DNA of 64,000 nucleotides. It comes from Tubiluchus corallicola. Lineage: Eukaryota; Animalia; Priapulida. This document shows, piece after piece, positions 13,945 through 24,600 of the stretch. The stretch lies in NCBI GenBank assembly GCA_030141605.1, contig JAQGDQ010000033.1, positions 799,214-863,213 on the forward strand, in the 5' to 3' direction. Under the pieces are notes generated by a model, which saw only the letters and a list, made by a program, of their open reading frames with translations, had not been told where the DNA came from and searched no databases. Positions within the stretch are counted from its first letter, which is position 1. Each line of letters starts with the position of its first letter. The position numbers were made by a program, and so were the translations under genes.

Positions 13945-16900
13945 TTTACTTCTGCTATATAGTGTCCTATTGTGTGCATAATTATACTTATTCAATAAGA
14001 AACTGATTTTTTCCTCTCAATAGAGCAATTGATCATCACCAAAAATGAAAATGCTTTTCTCAGACTCACTTCTCCATAAAATTTCTTGATAATTCTTCTA
14101 CAATTCTTTTTATTCACTTTGCAGACAAACAAATATAAGATTTATGTCATTATTACTTAAATTTTTCTTGCTATTTTCTATTTGATCATTAGGATAATCC
14201 TAATATAAACATCTTCTCTGTCGCACAGCCCACCCACAGTGAAATTCTACTGAAATTTATCCCAAACTTCTTGTAATACTGCAAGGTAAAACAAACTGAC
14301 AAATACATTAAGCTCTGCCAATTTTTAGTCAAGTAAAAACTGAGCACAAGTTGTTTAAAAATTTATACAAGTTCAGTCATTAGGGCTGGTGGAAATTGCT
14401 GGTAAAAATCACTTACTTGCAGTTGCTGGAATAAAGTTTGTATAGGTTTTACACCATGTTTCTCACAAGTTATTTTGTAGGATTGTATAAGCTGGTCAGT
14501 TGTGTATGATAAACCTGAAAAAAACATTTTTTAAAGTATTAACAAACAAATTTATGGCTAAATATGCAGTATAGTACATAATTACATACCTTAATGTGCA
14601 TTCACAAAATAAAGTAAGAACTGCAAAACTGAAATGGAGATTCAGTAAACTTGTTCTCCGAAATCTGCATGGATCATACATTTATACTCTAAAAACTCTT
14701 TCACAGATGTCTTATGGAAACACAAGGAAATTGTTTTGTAATGAAAAACTTAATAAGGCCATGAATATTATCTCCTTGGGAAGAAAGTACCATACCATGA
14801 AGATAAACAAAGCTGTTATGAATAAATGTGAAAATACACGTACACATCAATTTTATGCTTTTACCAAAACTGTGTTTTCAATGCTAGTACATATGTACAA
14901 TTCTAGCACGTTTAGATAGTGATGCACTAAAACCTATATAGCTGGCAAGATAACAAAGCGATAACACCGAGCATTACTTCAATTTGCATTTTGTATTCTT
15001 TTCCTGAAGACTACAACATACATGTACTGGAAGTGTAAACTCTGAACCCACTACATCAGTACTCATAACCACTAGCAACCTTGCCTTGTACCCTTAACTA
15101 CAGCATCTGCAACAAGGTGTGATGGTCTAGTATGGTAATGTAGGGAATTACTACCTAACAACCATGCACATTATGTGTTTACATTCATAAGCTAGGCTGA
15201 TGATGAAGAGATAAAATTTACTTTTCTTTTGCCTTTTCAATTTAATTTGATGTTCTACAAAATCACATTTTGATCTCATAAATTACTACCCATGTTAGCT
15301 AGGTCATTTGGGTGGGTACACGAGTATTGCATCGTAGAGCCAGATCTTCACGTGAGCAGTGCAGTGCACCTTGGATTTTTTACCTGCCAATTGTATGCCA
15401 CGTAGTACTAGAGAGTGATTTTTTCTGTGTTAAACGGAGATACGTCTACAGTTTAAGAATCTTGTGTTATGCATCCTATCTCAGTTTGATGTCAAGACAT
15501 GTGATGTGGTCCCCAGAGTTCTGGTTCAAATGTCACGGACATGAGGAGACGTTAGCAGATCACAGAAAGACGTAACAGTATACCACTACATACGTTATTA
15601 CTCTCGTAAATCACCAACTGCTAATTGCCATTTGTTGGGTTAACACCATAGGGATGGTAGACTGTAAAGTGGTCAGATTCACTTGAGAAGTGTGATGGCT
15701 ATCTCCATCGCCGTATGGAGATTCTGTTATGTTCATGTAGATATTACAATGTTTACCATGTTGGGAACGTCGTCTGTGCGACACTGTCATGCAAAAATCT
15801 GTTAGCAGTGACTGTCAGTGTGGACTGTTGTACCGCCAGTGAACACTCAGCAAAACCCGGGTAGATCCCCATATTCTGGGGAAGGGTTTTTTCTCTTTTT
15901 GTATATTGATGTTCATTGTCTTTTTTTCGAATATTTGGAATCTTATTACATTTGTTGTTACATGTCATTACTTGTTTATTGAGAGTCGGATGAAATATCG
16001 TTAACCAATGAAAAGAAAACAACGTATTACTTAGGAAAATTACGAACAAAATATTTATTCCCAGGAACATTTTATAAACATATCTTAAAATTAGCATAAT
16101 TAGCATACCTTTCAGCACACGCTACGTCAAAAGGTGGTTTTCGGGTGCCTGTGGCCCTCCTAACCCGAACCATCACACAAGGAATGTCACTGTCTCTGTG
16201 ATGTATATTCATAAGCCTGTGGTATGTATGTACATGATTTATATATACGTGTATGCATGAGTGTTGTATTATGTACTTGTATACACAAATAAGAGAGAAA
16301 TATTACAGTGTAACGACAAAGGCTCCTATAATCAGACTGACTATGGATATAACCATATACTAGTATTCTACAGATGATACAATTTCGACTTACGCCTGAA
16401 TTGATCTTTATTTGAAGCGACAAGTATACGTGTATGTCTTACTGAAGATTATCCTGACAAGCAACCCACTCATGACTGTATAAAACACAGATGCAGCCTT
16501 CTGGCTATATGAGATCAATTTATTCTGCACAGTAAATCTGATGTCTCTAACGATAACATTGCTAATTCTATTTAATGACCACTAACTCAGCATTACACTT
16601 AAATCTGTCAAAGGTATTGGCTAATGCAGTTAGTGCAAATACGTATGTGATGAAAACTTCACGTCCCAGAGCAAAATTCCGCAAAAGCTGCACAAAGTTA
16701 ATATAATGGATACATAGCTTAAAATAGGCATCATTCAATCTATTTTCAGAAGTGCACTAGTAGAGTGCACTATGTCATTTTAACAATATTTGATAGGCAT
16801 AAGCAAACAAATTGGGTTAGCAAGGTAAAACACTAAACAAATGTTAGTTTTCACTCAAATGAGAGCTTGGGGTTCTAGCTTTATAGCTACATACAGTTGG

Positions 16901-19713
16901 TCTATTTATGTATATATCTAAATTAATAGGACATAAAAACATCGTGTTTTTACCGCAGTACACGTGTGGTCGACAAGATATTACTAAGTTTTCCTCATAA
17001 TATTTGAGATTAGAGGTTAAATTTATCCAATGAAAATGCTTGACACACAAACCTAAAAAACTCTAGGCCTGGTTAAAACTTTCTGAAACCTTTAGCTTTT
17101 TCTCTTTATCAGTAATTAACAAAAATATCTTTCAAAATTCAATTGGCAAAACTACTCTCAGAAAGGCCTATTCAATTTCAATTTTGACAAATTTTAAAAC
17201 AATGAAATTTATCTGGGCCAAACACTTTTAATAGCGCTTAAGCAGCACTTAAGGACTAATTTGAAGCTAACACAAATCAATGTAGTAGCCAAGGCTGGAA
17301 AATCTTACCAAACTGGCGGACATAGCGGGACACTTCTTCTTGCAGAGGGGCACAATTTTTTTCAAAGTATTTTTTCTCAAAATTTTAATAGCAAAAGTTT
17401 CAATTTTTCCTCTGTTTATTAGTAAAAATGACAAAACTGTTCCACATTTTAATACTCATTAAAGTTACAACATAATTGTTACTTGAGGTAATATTTTTTG
17501 CGCACCTACACATTGCTGCAATTTGTCCCTACATATTGCGTCACACTCAAAAACTTGGCAGCGGCAGAACGTGCTGGTATAATATATGTGCACAATAATT
17601 ATGCAGTAACTATAAGTGAACTATTATAAGAGCCATCTCATTCTATAAATAGGTGGCTTGCTCCTATTAAGGTAAGATATACTGATGTTTGCAGTAGCCT
17701 AGTTAACCTTTCAGGCCTCACCAATGGTCACTATTAAATTCATTTCATAATAAGTACTGTCTTGCTTACTCATTGAGTTGTGGTTGGCTACAAATTAACC
17801 TTTTATAGATACCATAGCAAATGGCCTTGTCACCTAGTCGCCAACCAGTACAAGTCACGTGCTAACATCTTAAAAACTTCATTGCATAATTACTTTTTGC
17901 CTTATGGCACTCAAAAGAACTTCCTTCACTAGTTAACCAACATCAAACATAAGAAGTGCCTAGATGGGTGAGATATTTTGCAGTTGTTTGAAGTTGTGTC
18001 CTAGCAAAGCAATAGAACCAACCTGTGAGCCAAACAAAATAACGACTCCTTTCTTAGTACAATTCTAAAAATTTTGTGGAACAGTATTTAAGATAAAGGG
18101 CAAAATTATCTCGCTAAGCATCACAGTTTTAAATCACTTAACTCCACGTGTCCTTGGTGGGTATATAAGCTACTAAGTATTACCATGAGTACTATGAGTA
18201 CTATTAGCAATGGGAATACATGAAGTGGTGAAAATTCTAATAGAAGTCTAACTTTTTAAATCTTCACAGAGCACTTTGATGCAACCCCCCACCCCCATCT
18301 CAATACTAGATACTTCTACAAAAATCTCTGGGCTTGGTCCGTCATCGGGACGCCAACTTTTAGTTGCTGGGACTTTTGTAAGGTTTTCCATCTGTAGTAG
18401 TATGATTTCTTCACTTTGGTGGGTTGAATGTTGCATTCATGGTCTGCAATAATGTAGGAATTTCTTCAGGAATTCGCTTTTTCTTAGATTTTTCTGCCTT
18501 TTTGGCTGGGCCATTCATTGATTGCTTCCAGGCCACAAGTTATCCTGTAAATAGGCCTGAACTATAAAGATGAGAACCTGATAAATCACCCTTACAGCAA
18601 TGACTTCACATGGTTTTAAAGTGAGATGCTGTATATACAAGGTGCAAATTTAGCCATTTTTTCTGCTGGAAAAAAATAAGACAGGCAGCTAAAAAATCTG
18701 CCAGTCTACTCAAAGCTTTGGCTGTCCCAATTTCTTTTAAAGCATAGAAAATCCTATATAAAGTTTAATTTTGTACAGCAATTTGAAAACATTATACATA
18801 TTAAATTTTTCCTTATACATCTACTTACGTTTTTTTGCCTAATGTGCATTTAACAATAAATTCCTCATTCAAGTCACTTTCATAAAAACTCGCAAATGAC
18901 TCTGTTATTATTATTTTTTGGCTAATATGTTGTCAGTGCAGCATGTAGATCATGCTGCATGGCTGATAAGTAACTTTATGCAACTGTATCATAAAAAAGC
19001 ACATATAGATGTGATTTTCTTATATGTTAAGCGAGTGATCACTGCTTGACGGATTTTAGCAAATTTCAATGTGCATATTACTGGCACGGATGAAAACCCC
19101 TAATAGAATGCTTTTTAAGGTGCAATGTTCATAAAAATTCCAATCATCTTCTATCAATGCCACCTAGGCAAACTTTGCTGACAGCAAAATTTGAGCCAGC
19201 ACCCATACGAAAAACCATCAGCACTACCCTGAAAAGCAAATCAAGCTGAATACGAAACTCGTTCTAGTTCACATCTGCCAAAATAAACCTACCATTGCGC
19301 CACGGATCTGGTGCATCTACATAACCAGAGACAAGGTCGTGATCATCAGGGAAGTTAACGCGTTTCTGCTTTTCCTCATCAGTCTCACAATATTCACTTG
19401 TTGCTTCACATAATGAAAACATAACGTTTTCATTAGAAACGTTTTCTAAAGCAGGAATAGTTTTGCTTGAGTCACTGTCACCACAATTTTCGCTTGAAGT
19501 CGAACCATTGCTTAATGTACTACATACTGTAAGTGAATTGGAGCATAGTACAATACTCTTATCAGTAGCAAAACTACATGAAAGACCCGAACTATTAATT
19601 TTAACGTTCTCATCACTAACGCATGAATTTTCCATCACAGCTTTTTTCTCCCCTGACGGTGACACGATGACAATAGCAGCTGCATTGCCATTGGAATCTG
19701 AATCAAATGACAT
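663..19713 (-). CDS. PPP1R37: Protein phosphatase 1 regulatory subunit 37 (LRRC68) homolog, 5' part (6 coding exons; continues beyond left edge)
   Basis: Coding exons on minus: 19293-19713, 14417-14514, 10350-10395, 5921-6021, 4140-4259, 663-813. All are GT-AG and phase-compatible. The translation includes the RVxF PP1-docking motif in KRVNFPDDHDLVSGYVDAPDPW, then YKITCEKHGVKPIQTLFQQLQ, GEKLDVKHCETLEEVFKRVQF, ALCDMLEYYESATKLNISYNKNIGPRGWQACARM and LHMEACNLSGKPLMIL, which match my recollection of vertebrate PPP1R37 (RVTFP..DPW, GEKLDYKTCEALEEVFKRLQF, GTRGWQA, LSGRPLMLL). Confidence 0.9.
7403..8500. repeat. Interspersed repeat with (TTA)n start and about 5 diverged internal tandem units of ~130-146 bp
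   Basis: A unit core resembling CCAGTGTCAAGCAACAGTA...TCAAATGAAAGGT recurs near 7763, 7909, 8053, 8184 and 8316, with repeated GACCCTTGACC motifs. A (TTA)n tract lies at 7403-7441. Confidence 0.7.
9472..9926. mobile_element. Tc1/mariner-superfamily (pogo/Tigger-like) MITE
   Basis: Perfect TIR CCGTATTTTCCCGTGTATAAGAGACCC ... GGGTCTCTTATACACGGGAAAATACGG, flanked by TA on both sides. Internal direct copies of TGTATAAGAGACCC lie near 9503 and 9853. No ORF. Confidence 0.9.
12080..12880 (-). mobile_element. Non-LTR retrotransposon 3' fragment (C-terminal CCHC zinc knuckle of the RT ORF)
   Basis: ORF 12389-12724 (-) encodes ...LLLGKSCNSFLYTVGLADSDYCECLTDIQTPEHLVFDCP, the C-x-C...H-x4-C-P motif typical of LINE ORF2 C-termini. 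An A/T-rich tail-like tract lies near 12080-12110. Boundaries are approximate. Confidence 0.75.
13188..13613. mobile_element. Degenerate TIR element (PIF/Harbinger-like MITE)
   Basis: Left end GGGCCGAGATTCATTAAAATGTTC versus reverse complement of right end GGGCCGGTTTCACGAAAGTTC. The interior is non-coding with a (GA)n tract. The TSD is not clean. Confidence 0.5.
13785..13942. repeat. Perfect 34-bp inverted repeat associated with a (TA)n microsatellite
   Basis: 13785-13818 TAATATTGCTGAAACACAGATCAATTGACTGTTT and 13887-13920 are exact reverse complements. The second copy lies between two (TA)n tracts. Confidence 0.9.
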
Positions 19714-20063
19714 TTCACCGCGGTTTATACATTAAGCAATTTGAAAGTTAGCACAGGGTTCAACTTATTCTTTTACCACATTCTGCAAACTGCAAAGCGT
19801 ATAATCCATTTGCACCCAATTATTTTAAATTAAACTTTATTAATATAACCACGAGTTTTGCTTTGCATCAGTTTTAGTTACATAAATAGTGCTGTCCTCT
19901 ATAGGAAGAAAACAAAGTTAATGTGGGTTGCCAAGTTAGTAAATTTATTACTAAATTTGGCGAATTTTAATAAATTCTAGCTTCTTTCATCGATTCAGTC
20001 CGAGTTTATTTCATAAATGCAAAATAATTACAAAATGTACATCACCCATGATTGTGCACGTAC

Positions 20064-21663
20064 CTAAAATGTTCTGAAAATGCTCGAGACATAAAAATAC
20101 TACACTGATACATATCGAAGATCTTCGTCACACGTCTTAGATAACATTATTGTACTCATTAGATACGCATCTGACTTTCTGTGATTCTTTTTTTACTTGT
20201 GCTTTTGGCACAAGTGTGGTTTTTGCATACTGTTTCCTATGTGTAGATGTAAAATGTGTACTGTACTCTATAAAATCTGCCATGTAGTCTATAATCTTCC
20301 CGAAAGTGGTACTGAAAAGCCACTGGCATAGCAGTGTCTAATTTTTTGCTGTATTATTGCTATGTTTACTAGTCTTGAGGGCACATTTCTTTGATTTTAG
20401 AATGTTCCTGCCCATTGTCTACAGTGGACATAACGGGCTAATGATGATAATAGAAGTATACGTACAATAATCGTTAATTGAATTGAATTGGTGGATTTGG
20501 TTCATTTGAGGTTTTCAGGTTGATTACTAGGGTGACTGGAATATCATGACTTTGCAGATTTTTAAACACTTAGCAGCTACTGCTGAGTAAATATAATTCT
20601 ATTATGCCATTAATCTTTATAAAAATAAATTATAGTTATGTATAAATAAAATTATAGAGACAAACGCACATCCAATATAAGAGTCGTATGACAAATAAAA
20701 AGCAAAATTATAAGCAAACTATATGCTGCTGCCCTTGCATGATTTAAATAACAAAGTCAATGACACTGCACATAATTATGCACATAAACATGTGCACGAT
20801 CAATGCTCTACTTAATATGTACACTACTTATGGCAGGCTTGCACAATGACACGCATTTAAAAAGTAGTTTAAAATTTCTTGCATGCACAGAATAAATAAC
20901 AAGTCTTGAACAAAAACAGTCACTATCTCACCAAAGTCTAACAACGGCTACTTAGGCAAAATTTATGCATTTGTAAAGAAAAATTTCGCAAATTATAATT
21001 ATACATATTAAGTAAATCATGCACATTAATTGATCATGCATTTTTATATGCATAATTGTGATGTCATTGGCTTGTTATATAAGGCATGTAAAGACTGCAC
21101 ATGATATGCTTGTGATTTTGCTTACGATTTGTCATACGACTAATATTGAATGTACATTTGTCTACAGAATTTCATTTGTACATAACTATAAGCTATGATA
21201 CTGATTAATGAAATAACATAATTATAATGACTCAACAATAACTACTAAGTAATATTTTACTGTATGTATGGCATAATTTTGTCATAGTGTTGATGCATTT
21301 TAGTTAATTTGAATCTGTCAAATTAACTAAAACAAGAAAATTGAATATAACAAGCAGAAATGCATCCAGCTTAAATAGTGAAGTTCTGAAAAAAGTAATA
21401 TAGAATTTGTTTTTTTAATTGACTTTGAATTTCCCACTCAGTCGTCATATTGTCCGTGCAATTAGTCACTTTTTGTGGCTAAAGAAGTGACAAAACAGCA
21501 AAACCACGCAACAGAACCAGGCAACCCTGTGCGCAGTTGTAAACAAGAGAACATCACAAAATACATGTTGCTTCCAAATTTGTAAAAAAATGTTCACCAA
21601 TTTTAACAAATTAATTTTATCCATTAAATAAATCCACCCTACAAAATTTGATGAGAATAAAAT
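20064..21663. promoter_or_regulatory. Divergent (head-to-head) promoter/5' region of PPP1R37 and SYMPK
   Basis: The PPP1R37 ATG (19713, minus) and SYMPK ATG (21664, plus) are under 2 kb apart. A likely non-coding PPP1R37 exon ends at a minus-strand AG|GTACGT donor at 20064 and splices to a TTCCTATAG acceptor at 19898. The TSSs are not directly visible. Confidence 0.55.
20568..21250. repeat. Long imperfect inverted repeat (foldback-like, ~250-bp arms)
   Basis: Arm ~20568-20821 aligns by eye to the reverse complement of ~21001-21250. Shared blocks include TTATAGTTATGTA, AGTCGTATGACAAAT, AAGCAAAAT, CAATGACA, AATTATGCA and TACTTAATATGTA. Confidence 0.8.
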
Positions 21664-24600
21664 ATGGCAACTGAAACTCGCCGAAATGCAGTAGACTTTT
21701 TTGATAACGAGGAAGAAAATATGGAAACAAATAATGAATCTGCGTCTGATAAGGTAAAAGTTTTATATGATACTAGCATCCTTCTTTGAGGTAATCCGTA
21801 TGTTAATGCTTGGCAGTTTGCATTTTAATTTTCCGATAATTTCCTCTTTTACGTTGCGGCTCCCCAAGCCCAGGTATAAATTTTTCTACATCCATTAGTA
21901 TACTAAAGTAATGTTAAAATATAGAAAAGAATTTCTTCAGTCCTAGGCTAGTAGAGTTAATATATTAATAACTTACAATTTCTAAACATCATTTTCTTTA
22001 CGTAAAATTGGCTATCAAAAATCTTTAAAGGTATTAAAGTTTTAAATTAGCTCTGTCCCTATAGTCTAGTTTAAGATTTTGGCTTTTCATTCTTCATTTT
22101 GATTCCTTTATTTAATGTCGTTAATCTACCCCCCCCCCACACACACACACACACAAAATTTGGCATGTAGGTATGTAGACATGTTTGCATTTTTGTTTTT
22201 ATGAATTAATGTAATTATGACTTTGATTAATTGCCACTAGCACAATGTTAATGTTACTGACATCTAATTAGAGGTGACTGACTGGGTGAATGCGTGGTCT
22301 TTCGTCACCTCTGCTCATATTTACCTGTATATAATATGCACTAACGTAACTACTGTATTAAGTTTATGAAGCTAAATAAATTTACTATTACTATTACTAT
22401 GCTGCGTTAAAAATTTTAACCTAGCAGTATTGAATTTGAGATGAACAAAAGATTCTAAGGCAGCCAGTAGTGCAACTTTGCAAGGTAAAGTAGATGCTGT
22501 GCTGACTGGCAGCTACCGAAGCGCTTTCGTCTCGTGGCAACAAGTGAATCTGCAGTTACAGCGACATACCATCCCCTTCTCAAGCGCATATTCTCTGTAA
22601 AAATTGAGTGATAGCAACCACAAAACCCATGATACAACTTGTTTTTCAGGAAAATGGGATGATTTTTCATATTTTACCTCATTTTGACATAAAATAAAAA
22701 GTTCACATTTTAACATCTATAATAAGTGTTTCTGATAATTAAATAATGGCCTAAAAACTTGACTAACAGTGGGCAAGCCCTGTTAGTGATAACATCACAC
22801 AATTTTCGACAACACAAACATTCCATAAGTGTATATTGCACAGGTTTGCGAAAGCAAGAATTGAAGTACAGTTGCTACTGTACAACATTCACTTTTGATA
22901 TACAAAAATTGGCATTTTTTAAGTTTAAAATTCTTATTTCAAATTTACCATTGTGCTCACGCATAAGCTCTCAGACGTGTCCACTACATCACATTTGTAA
23001 CTCCAAACTGAGATGTACAGCACCTGTATTTTTTGGACAACATATTTTTAAGATGCAGGTACTAGTGCCCACCTAACTAGTGAATAGCGAAATGCTTGTA
23101 ACAGTGCAGAACTAGCCACGCGAATGCGATAATGTAGTAATGATTCTTTCACATAAATCATTCTTGAAAAAATAGTATGTTCCCTTCAGTGTTTTGTAGG
23201 GTAGATTGCTTTGAGTTAGAAACCTATGTGTTAGAGGATGTGTTAGAAACCTATGTGTTAGAGCAACTTACTGTTGCAAACTACTTATGATGAAAAGTCC
23301 TTGCAATTCCTATGGCTGAGGGTTTTATGATTTTCACGATTTCAAGAAACACCTAATGGATGTATACGTTATTTTATGAATGCTGTTAATATTATAATGA
23401 GTCAGGCATTTTTATGAAAAATGCTATTCTTGAACTAGTATCTGAAATATCCTGAATAGGCTTTTTCTAGGCTTAAGCAGTTTTCAATTTAAGCTTATCA
23501 ACACATCGCAGCATTGGTGCTGTTAGGACATCATCTTTACTGATAGATTCTGCTGTTTATACTATGACCTTGCTCATAGATACGAATTTTACGTAGTATT
23601 TACGCTTAAGCGATTAATTTTGCAATTGTGATGTTTTAGAGTTTGAGAGTTTCCTGTTTGATAATAAAATGTCTGCAAGATTAATTCCATCTTAATAACT
23701 TTATTGTGCATATACAACACTTACATCATACATATTGCCCATTGCCAAGTTTCTGGTGTTGATAACAGTTTTGCGTGCTTTAGTCTTCCGACGCCTACAG
23801 CAAACTTTCATGTGAAAGCAATTGCAACTGTTGATGCAACAACATGTGCTGTGTAGTGTACGATGATTAACTAAAGTAAAATTTTTAAAACCGATAAGGC
23901 ATAAGCGATTGAACTGATTTTATCCAATGCACAATGATGTGCATTGATGTAAATGCTTTCTGGTCATCATCGGGGGTGTATTAGCCAATAGCTTTTGAAG
24001 CGTGCCAATTTCTTTGGCCCATACATTGTTACAATTTTTTGTTTTTATACGTCTCATTGGAAATGTGTATCCTTTAATATTTTCATATGAAGCGCGAATG
24101 CTGCATGATTAGTAGTTAGTAGCTTCAGTCAAACAACATTCATTAAGGTCATGGAAAGCACACTGCTTTAAAATACAGTTCTAAGTTAAAACAATTCAGC
24201 TAGATAGCACGTAGAAAGCTGGCACGCGTGAGTGTTATAACAAATGTACAGCAAGCAGGTTATGAAAATGACCTCCAGTATGTTTGCAAATCACCCTGTT
24301 GTGCGCAGCCATGTGATTATTACAGCATAAGTAAAATTAGTGAGTTGAAAAGAAAGGCAAGTGGCGCTCAGTTTAGACGCTTAATTAAAGGAAAGCGCGA
24401 ACAACAAAAAGCACTATTGAAAAACGTTGCCAAACTAGATTAATTTTTTGAACCATATGATAAAAAGCAAAAACTACAAAATGTGAATGAACATCCTACT
24501 AAAAGTCATGATGGGGACAATCACAGACCAAGTACTGATAGATTCACAGTCTAGCAAGACATCAAACCTTAACAGACAGCTTGACATCGCCAGTGTGCTA

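Noticed and set aside
18248-18545. Coding-looking stretch and acceptor on the minus strand in PPP1R37 intron 1
   Set aside because: All three phases hit stops after the acceptor, and the flanking exons already join in frame. At most a decayed TE fragment.
19463-19735. Plus-strand ORFs overlapping real exons (also 55414-55797, 55954-56205, and minus 58136-58486, 38206-38448, 36468-36674)
   Set aside because: Antisense shadows of true coding exons.
23216-23263. Short tandem duplication GTTAGAAACCTATGTGTTAGAG x2
   Set aside because: Only two copies with a 4-bp spacer: a simple local duplication, not a CRISPR-like array.
23286-23460. Box C/D snoRNA-like motifs (ATGATGA ... CTGA) in SYMPK intron 1
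   Set aside because: No terminal stem, and I could not match a guide to rRNA or snRNA. Such motifs are common in AT-rich DNA.
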